A stretch of 64,000 bases of DNA from Oceanispirochaeta sp. (lineage in GTDB: Bacteria > Spirochaetota > Spirochaetia > DSM-2461), in contig CAXXOA010000002.1 of assembly GCA_963666275.2 (NCBI GenBank), forward strand, positions 288,001 through 352,000, in the 5' to 3' direction. Shown here piece by piece: positions 57,854 through 64,000 of the stretch. Each line of letters opens with the position of its first letter. Position 1 is the stretch's first letter. The position numbers and the translations under genes are program-made. Below the pieces are notes generated by a model that saw only the letters and a list, made by a program, of their open reading frames with translations, had not been told where the DNA came from and made no database searches.

Positions 57854-59981
57854 TGTGTTCCTCCCTGTAGAAAAGGATCAGCTTGAGAATGGAGAGCAAA
57901 TACTGGCTCTTACCTGCCAGCCCCGAAAAGTCCTTCCTGACCTGCCGGGAAAACCGGAACCAGCGGCGGAGATCAGGAGGATCTGCACTGAAAAGAAGAG
58001 CCTGATATCCGGCAGTATACTTATAAAAGGATTTCAGTCCTTTTCCCCGACAGAACTCTGCCAGCTCCCCGACAGAAAGCCCCCCGGCCCCTTCAGCCCT
58101 GTAGACAGAGAGGAGCAGGGCTCTATTGATTCTATAGGAGGAGATAATACCTTTCCGCCCCCCGGCTGCTCCTGTGAACAGAAAGAGAAGAGAGGCCACT
58201 CTTGCAAGGAGAAGAAAAACAAGGGTGAAAACAAAGATCCGTCCCGGGTTTTCTTTCACAGCGTCCCAGGTTTGATATATCCGGAAGAGAAGACTTCTTT
58301 CTGCCCCCCCGGCGGAGCTGCTGATCTCGGAAAGAGAGGTCTGGTTGTCCAGAATTTCACGGATATACGGTTCCAGTTCATCCGGATTATAGGAAGTGAA
58401 TTCAAAATCCTCTCCCGGGGCCAGAGTCCGGGATGTCGGATCAAATTCAATCCAGCCGTATTCGGGAAAGTAAACCTCTACCCAGGCATGGGCCTGATTG
58501 GCATTGACAGGATAAAAATTGAGGAGGCCGTTCTGTGTATCCACCCAGAACCCCAGAACCACCCGGGAGGGAATGCCCAGACTGCGGCAGAGCAGGGTCA
58601 TGGAGAAAGCGAAATAGGAACAGTAACCCTTTTTTCCCTCAAACAGGAAGTACCGCAGCTGATCTCCCGCAGGAGAGGTCCCGGGGTTCAGGGAATACAG
58701 ATATTCCTTCTGAAAGTAGTCACTGATAGCCGAAGCCTTCAGATAGGCCCCCGGCAGATCTCCGGTTATTTCCATCGCCAGAAGACGAAGATCCTCCTGG
58801 TGCCCGTAGTCCGTATAGTAGCTGTAGAACTCGTCATCAGGGCGGCCCTCCCGGGATGAATTGATATCTCCATCGATAAGCTCCCAGGGCCCGACTCTGC
58901 TCACAAGAGAATCAACCCTGTAAATCCGGGAAAAGGAGGAGTCCTCCCAGGAAAAATAGGGAACAACGCTTTCCGGGATATTCATGCCAAGGAAGGCAGC
59001 TCCGTCAAAGTTGATATAGTAGAATTTCTGAACCACCCTTTCCCGTTCTTTATAATCCGGGGTCTCCCAGCGAACAGCCCCTTCGGGAATCCTGTAATCA
59101 GGGAACATCCTGTCAGGACTCTCATAGCTCTTTTCCCTGTCTGAATAAAAGCCTCCCTCTCTGCTGTAGCCCCCCAGAATGAACCGTCTCAGGTAAAGTT
59201 CCTCGGGAGGCCCCTCTTTCTGCACAAGAAAAACGAGCTCATCCTTCATGGAAATTTTACTTTCCAGGCTCAGAAAAGGCGCAAAATCAAAATTGAAAAG
59301 GGATGACTCCAGAAGTCCCCCTCCCTCTTTCAGAGATTCTGCCTTGTACAAACGCCCGGCTGGAATAAGGAGAAGCCCCATAAGAAGGAGTATGGGGAAA
59401 AGTTCTTTCCTGAATCTGAAATCCTTCCGGCTTCTGACTGTCAGAAAAATGAGAAGACTCAGAATACCGCCGGTTCCGAGGAGGATAAACACAAAAACCA
59501 TATGACCGGGAAAGGGGTTCTCCAGGGTCCAGCCCTCCCTGCCCAGAAGAAGGGCAAAAAGACCCGTGTAGAGGGAAAATTCAGCAAAGGAAAACCAGGG
59601 AAACCTTTCCCCGAGGAAAGAAACAAGAAAGAGGAGAAGGGCCGCGGGAAAAACCAGCAGGTAATAAGAGCGGAAGATGACAGGAAACGAGTCCCAGGGA
59701 AAGGGAAAGAGGGCCGCAGGAAGAGAGAGGAGCCTGATGAGTGGAAACACGAGAAAACCTGCGAGGACCGGAAATAGCGAGACAGAAAATGTCCTTTTCT
59801 TCTGATAGAGAAAGATCCCGGTCGCGAAGCACAGGGCTGAAAAGATCAGAATCCCGGGCCAGAAGGAAAGAGAACTCCTGATCCGGAGCCAGTAGATCAG
59901 AAAGAGAATATGATGAAGAGCCAGGCGGAAAATGAGCTTAAGGGATCTGGAGGACACGCCAACCTCCCTTTCTGTAGGCAT
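57846..59981 (-). CDS. Membrane transglutaminase-like protein
   Basis: Multiple N-terminal TMs; GYCSYFA, HAWVEVY, GWIEFDPT (Cys-His-Asp triad). Confidence 0.9.
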   Translation of the reverse strand: MPTEREVGVSSRSLKLIFRLALHHILFLIYWLRIRSSLSFWPGILIFSALCFATGIFLYQKKRTFSVSLFPVLAGFLVFPLIRLLSLPAALFPFPWDSFPVIFRSYYLLVFPAALLLFLVSFLGERFPWFSFAEFSLYTGLFALLLGREGWTLENPFPGHMVFVFILLGTGGILSLLIFLTVRSRKDFRFRKELFPILLLMGLLLIPAGRLYKAESLKEGGGLLESSLFNFDFAPFLSLESKISMKDELVFLVQKEGPPEELYLRRFILGGYSREGGFYSDREKSYESPDRMFPDYRIPEGAVRWETPDYKERERVVQKFYYINFDGAAFLGMNIPESVVPYFSWEDSSFSRIYRVDSLVSRVGPWELIDGDINSSREGRPDDEFYSYYTDYGHQEDLRLLAMEITGDLPGAYLKASAISDYFQKEYLYSLNPGTSPAGDQLRYFLFEGKKGYCSYFAFSMTLLCRSLGIPSRVVLGFWVDTQNGLLNFYPVNANQAHAWVEVYFPEYGWIEFDPTSRTLAPGEDFEFTSYNPDELEPYIREILDNQTSLSEISSSAGGAERSLLFRIYQTWDAVKENPGRIFVFTLVFLLLARVASLLFLFTGAAGGRKGIISSYRINRALLLSVYRAEGAGGLSVGELAEFCRGKGLKSFYKYTAGYQALLFSADPPDLRRWFRFSRQVRKDFSGLAGKSQYLLSILKLILFYREEHNV

Positions 59982-60998
59982 CCATTTTTTCCCTGTAATT
60001 CCGGTCCGGATCCATCGAGGTCAAAAGGAGAGGGGAAGAACCGGGCTGAAAAGGCCCGGGCACCCGTTCCGGCAGCTCGGAAAGAACGGAAAAAAAGAGA
60101 ATACTGCGGGTGGAATTCTTAAATGAGAGACGAGCCCCCCTCAGTGGCTCCGGGGGTACGGAAGCCAGAAAATCCTGAACTCTGACGGCCTCCGTCCCCG
60201 GTGTAAAATTCACAGGAGAAACCTCTCCCGGAGAGAGAACCGACACTCCCATACCGTTCCCTAGAGCATGCTCCATCCAGACCCGGCACTCTCTCATAAG
60301 AGAATCAACTTCAGAAGGATTCCCTGCGCCGTTCAGCAGGATAAGAAGAGACTGATCATCCGGTTTCATCCGGAACCCCTCTTTTATAAAAAAATCACCG
60401 TATCTTGCCAGTAGATTCCAGTTGATTCTTCTGGGGTCATCACCGGGATAGTAGGGACGGGATTCAAAAAAGGCCTGATCTTTGAGAATCATCGGACGGG
60501 AAAAATCTGCCGAATCAAACAGGGGATCTCCCGGAGAGGATCTGACATCTTCCCGGCCTGCTGGATACACGGTAAGAGAGAATTCTGAAGGATCGTTCCG
60601 CTGATACTTCAGAACCCCGAAAAGGTCCTCCACCCGTATATAACGCCTCAGGATCCGATAGTTCCCCCGTTCCAGTCTGTCCCGGTCCCGGAGTTTCAGA
60701 CTGCGGTACGTCTCCCACTGCATGTCAATGCCGCAGGAAAAGACCAGACTGGAGGCAGCAGGGCCGGAGCTCCCTGCTATATCCCGGCAGAGTGTCCCGT
60801 CATCGGTGCGGGAGGGCAGATCCGCAAGGGAGAGAGAGTCCCGGTTCCTGAAGAGTCTCATATGGAAACGGCAGGTCCAGAAAAACAGAAGCGCCAGATT
60901 AAGGACTGAAAAGTAGAGAATCGGAAGGTTGGAGAAGCCTATGCCCAACCCCAGAAAAAGGACGGAAAGAAAAAAAAAGCCAGTCCCCCCGGGGTCAT
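59938..60998 (-). pseudogene. DUF58-family protein with a frameshift near its probable start
   Basis: RPYYPGDDPRRINW motif; ATG 60998 (MTPGGLAFF) is out of frame with the main ORF across a T9 tract and stops after 19 codons; an in-frame TTG at 60948 is an alternative start. Confidence 0.6.
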
Positions 60999-61017
60999 GC
61001 GGATCCCCCGGGCAAGT

Positions 61018-61977
61018 TCAGAGAATCCGGGAGATCTCATCTCTTACCACCTTATCAATCAGAAGGGACGTATCGGTTTCGGGAGACAGAGGCATAACTC
61101 TGTGAGAGAGGACAGAAGGAGCCATATCGATGAGATCCTGATCTGTCACATAATCCCGGTCCTGCGTAAAGGCGAGAGCTTTCGCCGCTTTTAAAAGCAT
61201 CAGCCCCCCCCGGGAAGAAACTCCGGCTCTCAGGTCCTTATGAGTTCTGCTGGACCGGAGGATCCTGACCAGGCACTGTATCAGTTTGTCATCACAGAAG
61301 ACCTTTTCGACCTCCTCCCGGCAGCGGAGAAAATCCTGCACCGAGCACACGGGTTTGAGAGTCGGCAGAACCGCATGGGAGGGATCCCCCTTTAAAATGG
61401 CGAACTCAGCCTGATCATCGGGATAGTCCGGAGTCAGCTTCATGAGGAACCGGTCTTTCTGGGCTTCCGGAAGAGGGTATGTCCCCTCATGATCCAGGGG
61501 ATTCTGAGTCGCCAGGACCAGAAAAAAATCTTTGAGCGGATAGGTTTCCCGTCCAATGGAAACCTGCTGCTCCGCCATGACTTCCAGAAGAGCGGACTGA
61601 ACCTTAGGCGTGGTCCTGTTGATCTCATCTGCCAGAAGGATATGGGTAAACACAGGACCCGGGCGAAATTCAAAACGGCTCGATTCCTGGTTCCACACAT
61701 CCACACCTGTAATGTCATAGGGAAGCAGATCCGGAGTGAACTGAATCCTTCTGAAATCAGCCTGATCGATCAGAGCGGCAAGGGTCTGGGCAATTGTGGT
61801 TTTTCCGGACCCCGGCAATCCTTCCAGAAGGATATGCCCTCCAGAGAGGATACCGGCGGTAAAGAGCCGCAGCAGCTCTTTCTGACCTTTTATAACCCTT
61901 TCCATCTGACTCAGTAAAAGATGAGGAAGTTTTTTTATCTCAACAATTTCCCGGGGCAGTCCGGGGAGTTCAACCAT
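61018..61977 (-). CDS. moxR: MoxR-family AAA+ ATPase
   Basis: EGLPGSGKT, RIQFTPDLLP.D, LADEINR, ATQNP..HEGTYPLPEAQ.DRF. Confidence 0.93.
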   Translation of the reverse strand: MVELPGLPREIVEIKKLPHLLLSQMERVIKGQKELLRLFTAGILSGGHILLEGLPGSGKTTIAQTLAALIDQADFRRIQFTPDLLPYDITGVDVWNQESSRFEFRPGPVFTHILLADEINRTTPKVQSALLEVMAEQQVSIGRETYPLKDFFLVLATQNPLDHEGTYPLPEAQKDRFLMKLTPDYPDDQAEFAILKGDPSHAVLPTLKPVCSVQDFLRCREEVEKVFCDDKLIQCLVRILRSSRTHKDLRAGVSSRGGLMLLKAAKALAFTQDRDYVTDQDLIDMAPSVLSHRVMPLSPETDTSLLIDKVVRDEISRIL

Positions 61978-61983
61978 GACTTT

Positions 61984-62012
61984 ATTATATTGACGGAAGA
62001 GTCAGAATACAA
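61984..62012 (-). promoter_or_regulatory. sigma70 promoter of moxR, leaderless geometry
   Basis: TTGTAT-N17-TATAAT, 6 nt before ATG 61977. Confidence 0.65.
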
Positions 62013-62065
62013 TAGATTAAATTTATACAATATGTATTGACAGCTTTCAGTTATGTCATTAATAT
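61990..62065 (+). promoter_or_regulatory. Tandem sigma70 promoters of tRNA-Ala
   Basis: TTGACG-N17-TAGATT (61990-62018) and TTGACA-N17-TAATAT (62037-62065). Confidence 0.55.
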
Positions 62066-62078
62066 GGGCATACATTTC

Positions 62079-62152
62079 GGGGGTGTAGCTCAGTTGGCTA
62101 GAGCGCGTGAATGGCATTCACGAGGTCATGGGTTCGATTCCCACCACCTCCA
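62079..62152 (+). tRNA. tRNA-Ala(GGC)
   Basis: GGGGGTG/CACCTCC acceptor stem with G3:U70, anticodon GGC, GTTCGATTC; CCA not encoded. Confidence 0.97.
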
Positions 62153-62155
62153 GAC

Positions 62156-62203
62156 AAGAGCTGAAGCTGTCTTGAAAAAGACTGTTTTCAGCTCTTTTTT
62201 TTT
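62156..62203 (+). terminator. Terminator of tRNA-Ala
   Basis: AAGAGCTGAA...TTCAGCTCTT long hairpin plus T-run. Confidence 0.75.
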
Positions 62204-62234
62204 GTACATAAATACAGCTGCAGGATAGGTTAAT

Positions 62235-63881
62235 ATGGGAAATGAGGATATTTTCTCAGGAGAAATTGATCCGGAAATTGCATCGTTATTAGGACTGGAA
62301 CAAGATTCTCAGGACAGCCCTCCGGATTATGAAAACCTTTTTGAGATCGAATCACCCGATTCTGATGATTCCCAGGACTTAACCGGCGAAGACGAGGATA
62401 TCACCCGGGAGGAATTCACCCTTCCCGAAGACTACAGCAGAGAGCCGAATCCTATCTTTTCCAACCAGAATTTCTATAAATCCGTCCTTGCCGGAGAGGG
62501 AGAGGTCTCCAACAACCTGCATGCGGCCCTTTCCCAGTTCCTGAAAACCACAGATCCCCAGGAAAAACAGCGAGTCAGATCCAGGCTGATAACCCAGTCC
62601 TGGGAACTCTTTACGAGTATGTCCGGAAAAGCCGGTGAATGGGCAACCGAACCGAAAAGGCTCTTTCTCCGCTATGGTTTTCTCCTCCCCAATATAGTCA
62701 GCAGCGAACAGCGAAAAATGCTGGGATCTATCATAGATGACAATACCTCGGGCGAACCGATCCATTACGTCGATGAATGGCTTGAAAAAGTCTCTGCGGG
62801 TATCGTTTCCCCCCTGGCTTCAGATGAAGCCAGACCTTCCCAGAGGACCCAGGATCAAAAGGTACGAATCCAGCTGGATAAAGCAAAGGGCAGCCGGGAA
62901 GCCCATCTTCACACTCTCCAGTCTCTGCAGCTGAAGAGAAAACAGAAAGAGAGCACATTAAAGTTGAAAGCCGAGGAGATCATCCGGCATACAAGCAACA
63001 CTGTATTCAAGGAACTGGAAACACTCTATTCGGAGCAGCAGAACAGAAGCCTTCAGGACATCATGAATCTCTCCCGGGAACTGCTTCAGCTCCATAGGGA
63101 GATGCTCAGTCACTACACCCACCTAAATGAAGCGGATCAGAATTTCCGGAAATTTCAGGACACGGCCAGGAAAATGGGAAGCATCATGGAGGTTGACCGT
63201 TCGGTTGTTGAAAAAGAAGCCTCCAGCCTGCGGCAGATGGCAAAGCTCTGTGTGGGAAGACAGGGAAATCATATTCCTGTTCTTATGAAACAGTTTTTTA
63301 CCTCCCGGATCGAAAATGTAGCGACCAGGGAAAATGTCATAAGAGAACTCCATGCCATCGAACAGCTGGATCCCAATATTTTCAAGAGAACCTTTAAACA
63401 GAAAACCAACAGAATTGTCCCCCATGTGATTCTGATCCCCTGTTACGGGGATACAGGGATCTGCTGGGAACCTTTTGAAAGATACAATCGCTCTACCAGC
63501 CGGGGCAGAATAGCGATCCCTCTCTACCCGAAAAGCCTGAAACTGGCGGTGATCCATGCTGTGGCGGATCTGAGATGGCAGGTAGCCAAGGAAAAAGCCC
63601 AGCATTACTGGATGGAAGAGGGTCTAACAGGGCATTACTACCAGTATTTTTCCGATAAAAAAATGCGGGGGGATGTACGGCTTAAATTCATTGAGGACTA
63701 CATCCTGTGGATAACCAAAGAGGGAGAGGGCGTTCAGAAACTGGATAAAGAGGTCCGGGGAATTTTCTGGAGGGATATGCCCTTCCCGCAGGAACTGAAA
63801 GACCGCTTACGGAACCGGGGATTCGTCTATAACGAACTGTACAAAAAAGACCTTAACCGCGCGGCATCTGACGGATATTAA
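62235..63881 (+). CDS. Conserved hypothetical cytoplasmic protein (acidic N-terminus, coiled coil, globular C-terminal domain)
   Basis: 548-aa ORF; VPHVILIPCYG..GICWEP and LRWQVAKE...HYWMEEGLTG blocks. Confidence 0.75.
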   Translation: MGNEDIFSGEIDPEIASLLGLEQDSQDSPPDYENLFEIESPDSDDSQDLTGEDEDITREEFTLPEDYSREPNPIFSNQNFYKSVLAGEGEVSNNLHAALSQFLKTTDPQEKQRVRSRLITQSWELFTSMSGKAGEWATEPKRLFLRYGFLLPNIVSSEQRKMLGSIIDDNTSGEPIHYVDEWLEKVSAGIVSPLASDEARPSQRTQDQKVRIQLDKAKGSREAHLHTLQSLQLKRKQKESTLKLKAEEIIRHTSNTVFKELETLYSEQQNRSLQDIMNLSRELLQLHREMLSHYTHLNEADQNFRKFQDTARKMGSIMEVDRSVVEKEASSLRQMAKLCVGRQGNHIPVLMKQFFTSRIENVATRENVIRELHAIEQLDPNIFKRTFKQKTNRIVPHVILIPCYGDTGICWEPFERYNRSTSRGRIAIPLYPKSLKLAVIHAVADLRWQVAKEKAQHYWMEEGLTGHYYQYFSDKKMRGDVRLKFIEDYILWITKEGEGVQKLDKEVRGIFWRDMPFPQELKDRLRNRGFVYNELYKKDLNRAASDGY

Positions 63882-64000
63882 AGGGACTTACCGCCCTTTC
63901 CAAAGAGAGGGTGGATATACTTTTCAAGATCCCATTTTCCGCTAATCCATTTAATGACTCTGGAGTAGATAAAAAAAGCAGCCACCACAGAAAGAACTAT

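Noticed and set aside
60985..61020. Selenocysteine recoding of the moxR TGA (SECIS-like hairpin)
   Set aside because: MoxR is full length at this stop and there is no redox Cys context; the hairpin fits translational coupling better
1..64000. CRISPR array, prophage, IS/transposase, integron, rRNA or defence island
   Set aside because: No spaced direct repeats, no integrase/transposase/phage motifs, and no intergenic gap large enough

Overview
64 kb of apparently core chromosome from a free-living spirochaete (Spirochaetales-like; inferred from the DUF5312-type protein, SthK-like channel, carD-ispD-ispF order and sigma28-like promoters). It holds about 47 densely packed CDSs and two tRNAs (Gly-GCC, Ala-GGC). 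I found no rRNA, CRISPR array, prophage, integrase or transposase. Housekeeping genes include ychF, queG, class II ilvC, oadGAB, pckG, ftsK, uppP, tag, nadE, gnd, carD-ispD-ispF-nth, a reverse rubrerythrin and a moxR-DUF58-transglutaminase-TPR operon. Best leads: (1) a divergent SLH-like/beta-barrel/FecR operon facing a CHASE2 adenylate cyclase, a candidate trans-envelope cAMP system; (2) a coupled pair of a cNMP-like + double bacterial-PH membrane protein and a secreted 32-aa repeat protein behind a sigma28-like promoter; (3) an oadGAB-pckG-DUF2294(MpsC-like) CO2/Na+ locus with a long structured pckG leader; (4) an orphan, active-site-degenerate NifV-like gene with a consensus sigma54 promoter and upstream palindromes; (5) a homopolymer frameshift at the start of the DUF58 gene; (6) many apparently leaderless genes. 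All family assignments come from motif recognition by eye, not database searches.
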